DNA of 64,000 nucleotides from Octopus vulgaris (GCA_951406725.2 OX597841.1:26164001-26228000); one strand, 5' to 3'. Counted from the first letter of the stretch, positions 14,301-27,066 are shown. Numbers and translations: made by a program. Notes: generated from the sequence alone by a model not told the origin.

Positions 14301-14486
14301 GTGTCTGTCTGCCCGTTTGTCTGTCTCTCTCTATCTATCTATTCACCCTCTCATCTACCTACCTACCTAACTACCCACATACCTACCTACCTACCTGTCT
14401 ATCTGTCTGTCTATGTGGATGTATATATAATATATCGAGAGACATTTGTTTATACATGAATATATATGCCTCCTCTGATTTTATAG

Positions 14487-14551
<65 letters not shown>

Positions 14552-14835
14552 CACACACACACGCACGCACACACTCAGGTATATGTGTACATATGTAATT
14601 ATGGGGTGGTGTGTGTGCGTGTGTGAAGGCGATTGATTTATGTTTGTTTGTTGGTTACGTATCCCGTCTCTCGTGATTTATGTGTTTACATGTGAGTGTC
14701 AGGGGTGGTGGGCCTGGGGGGAATCGACTGGTTTTGATCCCCCCTATGACATACGCTCACTTTGAGATATGGGCGATGATGACACGAGAACCATCTCCTC
14801 ATTTACACGTAGCTACACATACACATACAGACAAA

Positions 14836-14893
<58 letters not shown>

Positions 14894-15019
14894 CACACAC
14901 AATGTCTTTACTCAGACATGTACAGATATATATAATTGTTTGTATGTATGTATGTGTGCATGTATGTATGTTTGTGCGTATTTGTGTGTGATTTTGTGTG
15001 TATGCAACTACGTGTGTGT

Positions 15020-15053
<34 letters not shown>

Positions 15054-15116
15054 ATGCTCGTATGTGTGTATATAATGCGTGTATGTGTGTATATGTGCAT
15101 ATATGCGCATAACTAA

Positions 15117-15160
<44 letters not shown>

Positions 15161-15261
15161 TTATGTGTAAGTTGATATATATATATATATATGTATTACA
15201 AAAACATAATAGAGATAGGTATATATATGTGCGCGCGCGTGTGAGTGTCTGTATGTAAACA

Positions 15262-15301
<40 letters not shown>

Positions 15302-15856
15302 GCATGTACGGATGTTTAATATATATGCATCTATACAGACTGAAATTTGTGTATGTGTAGGTATATGTTTGTATATGTGTGTGTGTGTGTGTGTCTTTGT
15401 CTGTGCGTGCATGTATGTATATATATATGTATATATATATTCATGTATGTATGTGTTTTTATCTCTCAATGAATGTATATGTGTGTGTGTATATATGTAT
15501 TGTGTGAGTGTGTAGTTTTATCATTACATATGTATACAAGAGTAGATAAACACATACATTCATGTCCTCCTTGCTATATGATCTACGTAGATGTATGCAA
15601 CATATGCCGTATTACAATATACATACATACATACATATATATATATTGTTTATCTATACGGAGTGCAAACATACTTCCATATGCGTACATTCTGATAAAC
15701 TTAACATATACATACTAGAATACATGCTATCTAGCTGTATATGCATCTGCTCATAGCCATGCTAATTTCTGTTTATACACCCCTTTTGTAGTCACATGTG
15801 TATTCCATTGGTATACATAAACAGTTGTTTTAGTTTATTTGAATATATATGGATGG

Positions 15857-16239
15857 TAGCACTCCGTCGGTTACGACGACGAGGTTTCCGGTTGATCCGA
15901 ATCAACGGAACAGCCTGCTCGTGAAATTAACGTGTAAGTGGCTGAGCACTCCACAGACACGTGTACCCTTAACGTAGTTCTCGGGGATATTCGGCGTGAC
16001 ACAGAGAGTGACAAAGGCCGGCCCTTTGAAATACAAGTACAACAGAAACAGGAAGTAAGAGTGAGAGAAAGTTGTGGTGAAAGAGTGCAGCAGGGATCAC
16101 CACCATCCCCTGCCGGAGCCTCGTGGAGCTTTTTAGGTGTTTTCGCTCAATAAACACTCACAACGCCCGGTCTGGGAATCGAAACCGCGGTCCTACGACC
16201 GTGAGTCCGCTGCCCTAACCACTGGGCCATTGCGCCTCC
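15857..16239 (-). mobile_element. SINE family B, full length
   Basis: Reverse complement of the 12838 unit; TSD TTGAATATATAT. Confidence 0.93.
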
Positions 16240-16241
16240 AC

Positions 16242-16296
<55 letters not shown>

Positions 16297-16486
16297 GGCG
16301 CCGGCGGCGTGGCTGTGCGCTAACAAGCTTGCTTCCCAACCACATGGTTCTAGGTTCAGTCTCACTTCGTGCCATCCTGGGCAAGTGTTTTCTATATAAC
16401 CTCGGAAGGACCAAAGCCTTCTGGGTAGATTTGGCCGATGGACGTTGAAAGAAGCCATAACAATCAAGCTTCTAAAAATATATATA

Positions 16487-16731
16487 CTCTTTACTCTTTT
16501 ATTTGTTTCAGTCATTTGACTGCGGCCATGCTGGAGCACCGCCTTTAGTCGAGCAACTCGACTCCCGGGACTTATTCTTTTGTAAGCCCAGTACTTATTC
16601 TATCGGTCTCTTTTGCCGAACCGCTAAGTGACGGGGACATAAACACACCAGCATCGGTTGTCAAGCAATGCTAGGAGGACAAACACAGACACACAAACAC
16701 ACACATGCACACACACACACACACAGACACA

Positions 16732-16787
<56 letters not shown>

Positions 16788-16958
16788 CATATATACGACG
16801 GGCTTCTTTCAGTTTCCGTCTACCAAATCCATTCAGAAGGCTTTGGTCGGCTCGAGGCTATAGTAGAAGACACTTGCCCAAGATGCCACGCAGTGGGACT
16901 GAACCCGGAACCATGTGGTTGGTAAGCAAGCTACTTACCACACAGCCACTCCTGCACC
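16487..16958 (-). mobile_element. SINE family A, full length
   Basis: Reverse complement of the family A unit, with an expanded internal (CA)n. Confidence 0.92.
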
Positions 16959-17028
16959 TATTACTGCCATATAAATTTAGAATCTGCTTTTTTTTATCGG
17001 GTATATGAACTACTGACCAATACATACA

Positions 17029-17395
17029 GAGGGGTGTGATGAGGCCCATGAATGGAAGCGTGCCATATATGAGAGCCTTCTACAGGATTGCAGGGAGAAA
17101 GGGATGGCAGATATGGCTTTTCTTAGTCGAGGTTGGCTGTAGGGTTTCTCTGCTCAGTTAGCATGGAGGGTCCTTACGGCAATTGGAATGAGAGGTAAGG
17201 AGTGCGCAGGATGGGAGAGACAGCTGAAAGGGCCACTTGATGGCTTTGGGGGTATGAGAGGAGAGTTAAGCTGGAAGCCAGGAGGAGATGAGGAGCAGTG
17301 AGTGGGCCACATCTATTACAGTTCAGGGTCGAAACACCCGATGAACGATGGGTACCATCTGACGACATCAGTTCGTGCTGGCCAAGGCGCCATGA
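17029..17395 (+). mobile_element. Decayed HERO/R2-group non-LTR retrotransposon 3' end (RLE endonuclease plus UTR)
   Basis: Across frameshifts it reads EGCDEAHEWKRAIYESLLQDCREK/GWQIWLFLVEVGCR/FSAQLAWRVLTAIG...RMGETAERAT*WLW; VEVGCRGF and WLW are typical of HERO-type RLE domains. Confidence 0.8.
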
Positions 17396-17436
17396 AGGGA
17401 TAAAGCACCTCCTTATAGGTATTATTAACAAACATA

Positions 17437-17841
17437 GGCGCAGGAGTGGCTGTGTGGTAAGTAGCTTGCTAACCAACCACATGGTTCCGGGTTCAGTCCC
17501 ACTGCGTGGCATCTTGGGCAAGTGTCTTCTGCTATAGCCCCGGGCCGACCAATGCCTTGTGAGTGGATTTCGTAGACGAAAACTGAAAGAAGCCTGTCGT
17601 ATATATGTATATATACATATATCTGTGTGTGTGTGTGTTTGTGTTTGTCCCCTTAGTATTGCTTGACAACCGATGCTGGTGTGTTTACGTTCCCGTCACT
17701 TAGCGGTTCGGCAAAAGAGACCGATAGAATAAGTACTGGGCTTACAAAGAATAAGTCCCAGGGTCGATTTGATCGACTAAAGGCGGTGCTCCAGCATGGC
17801 TGCAGTCATATGACTGAAACAAGTAAAAGAGTAAAAAGAGT
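17437..17841 (+). mobile_element. SINE family A, full length
   Basis: Matches the family A unit. Confidence 0.93.
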
Positions 17842-18284
17842 AAACACACACACACACACAAATAGTATACCTGCATATATTTATGTATGACTGTTTTTAT
17901 AATAATATGGATCGGGAGCCGATCACCCTAACCATTAAGCCGCCACGCGCCTTCACACGCACACACATTCACAAATGTGTGTAGATAAATGAACGTCTTG
18001 TAGTGAAGTGACCCTTTTTTTACTATCAACAGGGATCACTGGGTGGTCCGCTTAGGCACGCGACTGTTTGAATACAAACATTGACAGATTCATATGCATA
18101 CATATACATACCTATATTTACGCACGCATATATACATACATACATACATACATATATACATACATGAGCATGTCTAGATATGCAACTATACGCATGAGAA
18201 TAAAAAGACATGAAACATACAAATTTGCACATACATACATACATACATACATACATACATACATACATACATACATACATACTC

Positions 18285-18498
18285 TTCTTTACTCTTTTAC
18301 TTGTTTCAGTCATTTGACTGCGGCCATGCTGAGCACCGCCTTTAGTCGAGCAACTCGACCCCGGGACTTATTCTTTTTGTAAGCCCAGTACTTATTCTAT
18401 CGGTCTCTTTTTGCCGAACCGCTAAGTGACGGCGACGTAAACACACCAGCATCGGTTGTCAAGCAATGCTAGGGGAACAAACACAGACACACAAACAC

Positions 18499-18570
<72 letters not shown>

Positions 18571-18612
18571 GACAGGCTTCTTTCAGTTTCCGTCCACCAA
18601 ATCTACTCACAA
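18285..18612 (-). mobile_element. SINE family A, lacking head
   Basis: Tail through GTTTCCGTCCACCAAATC. Confidence 0.88.
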
Positions 18613-18629
18613 GATGTATAAAAATTATA

Positions 18630-18755
18630 TATAAAAAATACAAAATGGGACAAGAACGCAAAAGACACAAAGAGCCGACACAAAGAACGGACGGGTCATT
18701 CGAAGCCCCTAATCTTCAGTCAGGAACCGGATCGTCCTAGCAAATTTCGGCTAAT
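18630..18755 (-). mobile_element. Repeat family D copy
   Basis: ATCTTCAGTCAGGAACCGGATC...AATTTCGGCT. Confidence 0.65.
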
Positions 18756-18807
18756 TAATACATACATACATACATACATACATACATACATACATACATA
18801 CATACAT

Positions 18808-18925
18808 GCAAACAAAGTAAAATACCCCGTTGTTGATGTTGAAATTCCAATTAAGGAACATTGGATCTAGGTTAGAAACCAGTTCTTTCTCTATTGGTAA
18901 GAAATCTTGAGAAAACTGAATGACG
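18808..18925 (+). mobile_element. 3' UTR of the (CATA)n-associated RLE LINE
   Basis: GTTGATGTTGAAATTCCAA...TGGATCTAGGTTAGAAACC...AAAACTGAATGAC flanked by (CATA)n; matches 41130-41245. Confidence 0.8.
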
Positions 18926-19004
18926 TACATACATACATACATACATACATACATACATACATACATACATACATACATACATACATCATATATACATACA
19001 TACA

Positions 19005-19113
19005 AACAAACAAAGCCTGTTGATGAAATTGCAATGAAGGAGACTTGGATCTAGGTTAGAAACCGGTTCTTTCTCTATTGGTAAGAAATCCTGAAGCAAA
19101 ACTGAACACTGAC
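19005..19113 (+). mobile_element. 3' UTR of the (CATA)n-associated RLE LINE
   Basis: Second copy, flanked by (CATA)n. Confidence 0.8.
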
Positions 19114-19305
19114 ATACATACATTCATTCATACATATATACATACATACATACATACATACATAAATATGTATGTATGTATATATATATGTATATATATG
19201 TTTAACCGAAACCTGGGTAGCAAATTCACGTCGAGAGTAAAGGAATTTTGTTAACATCATCGTTCGACTCCATTCTTTCATTTATTATATATATATATAT
19301 TTTTT

Positions 19306-19597
19306 TTCCGACCAGTCCATCAGATGTAGTTACATATCGCTGGTCACAATGCGTTCGCATTGTTCTTTAGCCTTCGAATGACGCCACCCCGCTGGCTAAG
19401 CGAGCAGGCCAACAGAAGAAAGAGTGGGAGAAAGAGTGGTGAAAGAGTACAGCAGGGATCACCACCCCCTGCCGGAGCCTCGTGGAGCTTCTAGATGTTT
19501 TTGCTCAATAAACATTCACAACACCCGGTCTGGGAATCGAAACTGCGATCCTACAACCGCGAGTCCGCTGCCCTAACCACTGGGCCATTGCGCCTCC
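19306..19597 (-). mobile_element. SINE family B variant with a different 3' tail
   Basis: Head and body match family B up to CTCTTTCACCAC; the rest (CTGTTGGCCTGCTCGCTTAGCCAGC...CATCTGATGGACTGGTCGG) is unrelated to the other B copies. Confidence 0.85.
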
Positions 19598-19607
19598 ACA
19601 TATCTAT

Positions 19608-19705
19608 GTTGATGCTGAAATTCCATTGAAGGAACCTTTGATCTAGGTTAGAAACCGGTCCTTTCTCTATTGGCAAGAAATCTTGAAATAAAACTGATTA
19701 ATGGC
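19608..19705 (+). mobile_element. 3' UTR of the (CATA)n-associated RLE LINE
   Basis: Third copy, ending AAAACTGATTAATGGCATAC. Confidence 0.75.
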
Positions 19706-19999
19706 ATACACACATACAGACAGACAAATGAACACACACAAAGATATATGTATATGGAATACATAAACACATACACGCTCAGATAAATGGGGAATGTATC
19801 CCCCTATCTTAACCCCTATCTACAACCACCAAGAACTGTCTTGTCTTAATCAAACAATGCTTTGCTACTTTGTTAGGGACCAGCTTGAATTCCGTAAGGG
19901 TAAACATATAAATATTAAAATGTATCCAAAAGAAACGCATATACATTCATATACATCTTTATACATCTAGCAACAAGTGTCTCAGTAAATACACACACG

Positions 20000-20074
<75 letters not shown>

Positions 20075-20177
20075 TCTCTCTCTCACACACACACACACAC
20101 TCTCTCTCTCTCACACACACACACTCTCTCTCTCACACACACACACACACACTCTCTCTCTCACACACACACACACT

Positions 20178-20208
<31 letters not shown>

Positions 20209-20320
20209 ACACACTCTCTCTCTCTCACTCACACACACACACAAGCAAACTAGCAAGCACATGTACATATATTTGATTTGTATGAATTCTTATCTCCTTT
20301 TCAACGATATATATATGTGG

Positions 20321-20433
<113 letters not shown>

Positions 20434-20770
20434 TGTATGTATGTTTTGTGTTATTTACGTGTTTCTCTAAGAATATATAACAGTTGTGAAATTGAATATG
20501 CATTGACATCATGTGGTCAGACATCTGTGTGAATGCGGGTATATGATTGGTTATATATGGTGTATAAATATACATAAACACACACACACGTAAATGGTAT
20601 ACATGCATGTATTTATGTATGACCGTTTTTATAATGATGTGGACGTTGATGTATATTTACTCTGTATATATACCTATACATATATACTTTTATGACTTTC
20701 TCTTTCTTTCGCTCTCTCTCTCTCACTATATATAAATATACATATATATATGCATATATATATGTATATA

Positions 20771-20843
<73 letters not shown>

Positions 20844-20944
20844 GTATGTATGTGTGTGTGTAAACAAGTATGTATATACACGTCTACACGTAGACATATC
20901 CATGCAACATATACATACATACACATTGGGGACACACTCATCAT

Positions 20945-20995
<51 letters not shown>

Positions 20996-21017
20996 ATATA
21001 TGTATATATATGTATGT

Positions 21018-21049
<32 letters not shown>

Positions 21050-21071
21050 TATATATATATATATTTATATG

Positions 21072-21108
<37 letters not shown>

Positions 21109-21115
21109 TTATATG

Positions 21116-21146
<31 letters not shown>

Positions 21147-21942
21147 GTATATATATGTATGCATGTATATATATGTATATATATGTGTGTATGTATGTAT
21201 ATATGTATATATATGTGTGTATGTATGTATATATGTATATATATGTGTGTATGTATGTATATATTTGTGTGTCTATATATATATGTATATATGTATATAT
21301 ATATATGTGTGTATATATATATGTATATATATATGTGTGTATATATATGTATATATGAATATATATGTGTGTATATATATATGTATATATGTATATATAT
21401 ATATGTATATATATATATATGTATATATGTATGTATGAATGTGTGTACGTATTATACACACATGAACTATAAATAATGTAGCACTCACAACCATTTTCTT
21501 TACAGTAACCTAAACACAACCAATCCTCCCGCACACACGAGCACAAACAATGACACCACCACCACCACCACACCCGCGCACATACACAAACACTTACACC
21601 ACCTCCCCCCACACATTTTTATGAATATCATAAGCATTAATTTATCAGCACAAATTGTGTGCAAACACAGATATTGTAAAATTAATGCATACGGATGCAC
21701 TTTCATATCAGCGCATTTCATAAAGAAAAATTTGCTCTAAGCACACTGCGCTTTACCCGGGATGTTTTTTCACGTCACGCATGGTGTAAAATTTATTTCT
21801 GAGGCGCGCGTTTCTGTTTGCTGTGCGTAAATACATTGGTCTGTTCGAACATTCTCCTGTTTCGTCCTCTTGCGCTTGCCAATATATCATTGAAGGCCAG
21901 ATACGTTCGACAGAGTATATATATACATGCGAACATATATAT

Positions 21943-22015
<73 letters not shown>

Positions 22016-22075
22016 TATATGTATGTATGTATGTATATATATATATGTATGTATTTATATATATGTGTATATATG

Positions 22076-22106
<31 letters not shown>

Positions 22107-22470
22107 GTATATATATATGTATATATATATGTGTATATATATGTGTATATATATATGAATATGTATATATATATATATATGTGTATATATATATGTATAT
22201 ATATATGTGTATATATATATGAATATGTATATATATATATATATGTGTATATATATATGTATATATATATGTGTATATATATGTGTATATATATATGAAT
22301 ATGTATATATATATATGTATATATATATATATGTGTATATATATATGTATATATATATGTGTATATATATGTGTATATATATATGAATATGTATATATAT
22401 ATATGTATATATATATGTATATATATACATGTATGTATATATTATCTACGTATACATGTACATATATGTG

Positions 22471-22518
<48 letters not shown>

Positions 22519-22923
22519 TGTGTGTATTTATATGTTTGCATGTATATGTTATTGCCTAGAGTTCCGCATATTGACACTTGTAGAGTATATATTAGTATAT
22601 ATGTTGACATTTGAATACATGCACTATTCACAGTTAAAGCGTTTTTATATTATATAAATCCACACATTTCAAGTACACACACACAATCGCTCGCGCATAT
22701 ATATTACAGAAGAAAGAAAGAGAGAGAGAGAGAGAGAGAAAGAGAGAAGTAAGAGTATATATGAATGTATGCATGCATGTATGTACCTGTCTCTATATCA
22801 ATATATATATGTGTATTTGTATATGTGTATATATGTGTCTGGTGTGAGTATATATATGCATATATATATATATATATATACATCACTTATTTACTCATAT
22901 ATATATGTAAAGGTATATATATG

Positions 22924-22963
<40 letters not shown>

Positions 22964-23019
22964 CAAATGGCAGTTGCTAAACAGCATTCGTGAAGTAAAA
23001 CCATGTAGCAACACCAAAT

Positions 23020-23090
23020 GGCGGTGCCCCAGCATGGCCACAGCTCGTGAGCTGAAACTAGAATCAATCAATCAATCAATCAATCAATCA
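23020..23090 (+). mobile_element. Retroposon 3' end related to the SINE A tail, (AATC)n terminus
   Basis: GGCGGTGCCCCAGCATGGCCACAGCTCGTGAGCTGAAAC compared with SINE A GGCGGTGCTCCAGCATGGCCGCAGTCAAATGACTGAAAC. Confidence 0.7.
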
Positions 23091-23431
23091 TATATATATA
23101 AATAATAATAATAATAAAAGATAGGGGAGGAATGATTTTTTCCCCCGTAACAGTGATTGGTAGGACCTGCGTTCGGGTGTAGATACAATAGATTTAGAGT
23201 TCTAATCCTGCTTGTGAGTGCGTTGTTGTTAGTCACTTTGGACTAACCGTGAAAGAAAGAAATCACGATGCTGAAGAATTGCCGAAGGCTGCTGTAAAAG
23301 GAAGCTATTACTTCTGGCACAAGAGACAGAAAAAAATAGTACAGTAAGAACTCATACTGAAGATGGTAGAAACATTTGACCAAGGGTTCGCAATATCTAA
23401 CTCAGCGTTGCGCATGATATTGTGCGAGAGT

Positions 23432-23510
<79 letters not shown>

Positions 23511-23534
23511 AAATATATGTGTGTGTTTGTATCT

Positions 23535-23697
23535 GTGTTGGTGTGTTTACGTCCCTGTAACTTGGAAGTTCGGTCAAAGAAAGCGATAGAATAAGTATCA
23601 AGCTTAAAAAATAAGTCCTGGGGTAGATTCAGCCAACTTAAAATTCATGGGGTTGCCCCAGTATGGCCGCAGTCTAATGACTGAAACAAGTAAAAGA
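23535..23697 (+). mobile_element. SINE family A, diverged 3' half
   Basis: GGTGTGTTTACGTCCC...GATAGAATAAGTA...GACTGAAACAAGTAAAAGA. Confidence 0.75.
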
Positions 23698-23699
23698 AG

Positions 23700-23763
<64 letters not shown>

Positions 23764-24052
23764 CGAAGGCAAAGAATATGGAGATTGGGAAGCTAATAAT
23801 TATTTATTATTAAAAGAAAACTAAGGCGGTGCTCCAGCATGGCCGCAGTCAAATGACTGAAACAAATAAAAGAATAAAAGAATAAAAGAAAGAAAGAATC
23901 AACAGTCCTTACAGCTGTTTCAATTAATACTTAGTAATATTAAATTTACATGAGCTGAGCATAATATCTTCACAAGTAAAAAAATATACTCTTGGATGCT
24001 TTATATATGTGTTTATCGAGTCATTATAACAGACTGAATGATACATACATTC

Positions 24053-24443
24053 TGGCTGTGTGGTAAGTAGCTTGCTAACCAACCACATGGTTCCGGGTTC
24101 AGTCCCACTGTGTGGCATCTTGGGCAAGTGTCTTCTGCTATAGCCCCGGGCCGACCAATGCTTTGTGAGTGGATTTGGTAGACGGAAACTGAAAGAAGCC
24201 CGTCGTATATATGTATATATATATATGTGTATGTGTGTGTATATGTTTGTGTGTCTGTGTTTGTCCCCCTAGCATTGCTTGACAACCGATGCTGGTGTGT
24301 TTATGTCCCCGTTACTTAGCGATTCAGCAAAAGAGACCGATAGAATAAGTTCTGGGCTTACAAAAAAGAATAAGTCCCGCGGTCGAGTTGCTCCATTAAA
24401 GGCGGTGCTCCAGCATGGCCGCAGTCAAATGACTGAAACAAGT

Positions 24444-24445
<2 letters not shown>
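24053..24445 (+). mobile_element. SINE family A
   Basis: Matches the family A unit from TGGCTGTGTGG. Confidence 0.92.
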
Positions 24446-24474
<29 letters not shown>

Positions 24475-24699
24475 GACAGGCTTCCACATAGTTTCTGTGT
24501 ATCAAACTCACTCATAAGAAATTGGTTGCTCAGAGGTTATGGGAGAAAACACCCAAGTTTCCGCACATTGAAACCTACCTCGAAGCTGTGAGGTTGCGGG
24601 GCGAAGTTCTTTCCCTGTCCTTATGTGTATGCTTCTTTAGTTTGCTCCGGAATTGCAATTAATCATTTTAATTATTATTATATTTGTATATATTTGTAG

Positions 24700-24793
24700 G
24701 TGGTAATTTCCCAGGATTTCATATGTACGAGAGCAGGCGTTTAATGGATCAAATGCGCTTTGAAGGACGACTTAACCGCATTCATCTTGAAAG
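24700..24793 (+). CDS. Candidate internal exon (phase 1 to 2): xGNFPGFHMYESRRLMDQMRFEGRLNRIHLE; protein not recognised
   Basis: T-rich acceptor TATTTGTAG|G, strong donor AAG|GTAAGC, only one open frame, non-repetitive sequence. Confidence 0.55.
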
Positions 24794-25040
24794 GTAAGCT
24801 CTTGTTTATCGTCTGAAAGCTTGATTTTTATTGAACGATCAGATATATGTCATGAAAATCTTTGTAGAGGGCTGGTGCAAGTCATCTTTAGAGTGAGCTA
24901 AATGCTGTATGGAGAGGAAGTGGGTGTATATTTGGGTGGCAGAGAAAAGTAGAAATACAAATGTGCAAATAGATGTATAAGTGATGGACGGTGGTGGTGG
25001 TGGTGGTGGTTGGATACGGAGAATTTGCAGCAATTCCTAG

Positions 25041-25105
25041 CAGACAGTTACACGTTCGAGTGGTTCCAATGTATTTACTCTGCAAGATGTCCATTGAAGC
25101 AACCA
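25041..25105 (+). CDS. Candidate exon (phase 2 to 1): RQLHVRVVPMYLLCKMSIEAT
   Basis: TTCCTAG acceptor, GTAAGT donor, open frame; weak pyrimidine tract. Confidence 0.25.
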
Positions 25106-25358
25106 GTAAGTAAAGAAGAAGAGAAAAAAATTTTTTAAACTGACCTCCACTGAGGGATTTTTAGGTATTTGTTGATAACCTTTGTTGCTGAATAGATTCA
25201 ATTAGTGTTAAGTTACTAACGAAATCTGAGGTTCCTCGTGGGTTAGTTACCGTGCAAGTCGGTTGAAAGTGACCCAGGAGAAAGTGATGGTTTATAACGG
25301 CTATTAGAAAATTGGATTTTCCGCTGAGAAATAATGCAGACGTCTTTAACATTTTCAG

Positions 25359-25438
25359 TTTCTCAAATAGAAAAGGAGTACAATTAAGTAATCTGCTGGA
25401 GTATCGAGTGGATTTTATCAACAGCGTTGCAAGCTATA
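25359..25438 (+). CDS. Candidate exon (phase 2 to 1): FSNRKGVQLSNLLEYRVDFINSVASY
   Basis: TTTAACATTTTCAG acceptor, GTGAGG donor, open frame. Confidence 0.3.
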
Positions 25439-25483
25439 GTGAGGCAGTCATATTCTTGGGTTTTATTGCTTCAAATAAATCGG

Positions 25484-25935
25484 GACAGGAAAGCTGAGTT
25501 TATCATCTTAGGCGTCTAAATGAGGAGGATGTTGGTTGTAGCTTACATTGAATTCGTCGGTGGTAAGCACCACATTATTTCGCAAGATATCATCTAGTGA
25601 GTTAAGTGTGCTAGAGCTTTCCTTGGTTTTTAAGTATCAAATAAAGTGAGACTGGAAAGCTGAGTTTATTATCTCCCTAAGCATACAGATGCAAGGATAT
25701 TACTTGTAGCGTACGTTGAATTCATCACGGGTAAGCACCGTATACGCCCACGTTATATCATCTTGTGAAGGTAAGTATAACAGATCCTTCCTTGGTTTTT
25801 AAGGTACCAAATAAAGTGAGAAAAAATCATTTCCATAGATATACAGGTATAAATGTGTTAGTTTCACTGCCACCTGAATTCATCTCTAGTAGGCTCCATG
25901 TGCTTCCTCGAGATATCTTGTCACGTAAGTATACC
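25484..25935. repeat. Diverged tandem repeat, 166-170 bp units starting at 25484, 25650 and 25820
   Basis: Shared GGAAAGCTGAGTTTAT (first two units), GAATT(C), ATATC...TAAGT and TTCCTTGGTTTTTAAG...CAAATAAAGTGAG blocks. Confidence 0.85.
25839..25924 (+). CDS. Candidate exon (phase 2 to 1): YTGINVLVSLPPEFISSRLHVLPRDILS
   Basis: TTTCCATAG acceptor, GTAAGT donor; splices in frame to 24700-24793 (AG+A = Arg). Confidence 0.4.
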
Positions 25936-26249
25936 ATGGCTTTTGAACGAAAGAATCCCCTCAGAATTGCTAGATGTGTAGCAATTATATTTGCTTTGTT
26001 AGGGCAATGGCTTCAAAAGTACGTTTTCAGTGATGATGTATAATACTGGCAGTACTATTATCTAATTAAGAATGGCTAACATTAACATTTCGCACGTAAA
26101 AAAGTTACGGAGATTGATGTTTAATGAAAATGTGGTGTCTTACAATAGAAATATATATATCTAGTAATATTTGTGGTGGCGTTTAAATTTGGTAGATTAT
26201 ATATATATATAAAGCGTACTTTTGAAGCCCCTGCACTTTGTGTATATAT

Positions 26250-26304
<55 letters not shown>

Positions 26305-26786
26305 AATTAAGGACTGAACATTGCTTTGGTTTTGTGCTGAGTTTTATTTGAGAGCATAATCTTTGTGGAGAATTACGATTTGACGTCTATATCTAGCATG
26401 TTGACTGTCCACTTTTCGTGTTCGGTCCTTAATTGGTATATATAAATATTGTAATCTTCGGATTTTTTTAATATGCTACACCATTGGTTTTAATTGACTA
26501 ATATCAATTTCTACCCTTAATTAATTTTATATATATATATATATATATGTATATACTAATTTTGAGGATGTAATTTCTTCCTAAGGGATTGTTAATAACA
26601 TACTGTCGGACTGAAACATGTGTAGGGTTTTTTCGGAAATTTTTAGGTTGTTTTGTTGATCCGGTTTCTTTTATCGTTATTCTTATAGGTATAACTTCTA
26701 CTTTGCATTACTTTTCCATTGTGATACAAATAAAATGAACCAAGTATCTGTTATATTTTTCTTCTCCATTTTCTTTTAACTTTTAA

Positions 26787-26821
<35 letters not shown>

Positions 26822-26925
26822 GCCAGACACAATCTGATGAGTGGCCCGTTTCGCATGTTCCAAGTTCGAAAGTATATCGAGATCGTATATATCCCTAGTC
26901 GTTCGCTTTGCTAGACGTATCATAG

Positions 26926-27029
<104 letters not shown>

Positions 27030-27066
27030 CCTACCTACCTACCTACCTACCTACCTACCTACCTAC

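Noticed and set aside
17325-17370. Permuted hammerhead (GAAAC...CTGACGA) in the HERO-like UTR
   Set aside because: I could not build stem I or an NUH cleavage site.
26834-26875. CTGATGA...GAAA hammerhead or C-box candidate (also CTGATGA near 61005)
   Set aside because: No convincing stem II and no snoRNA terminal stem.
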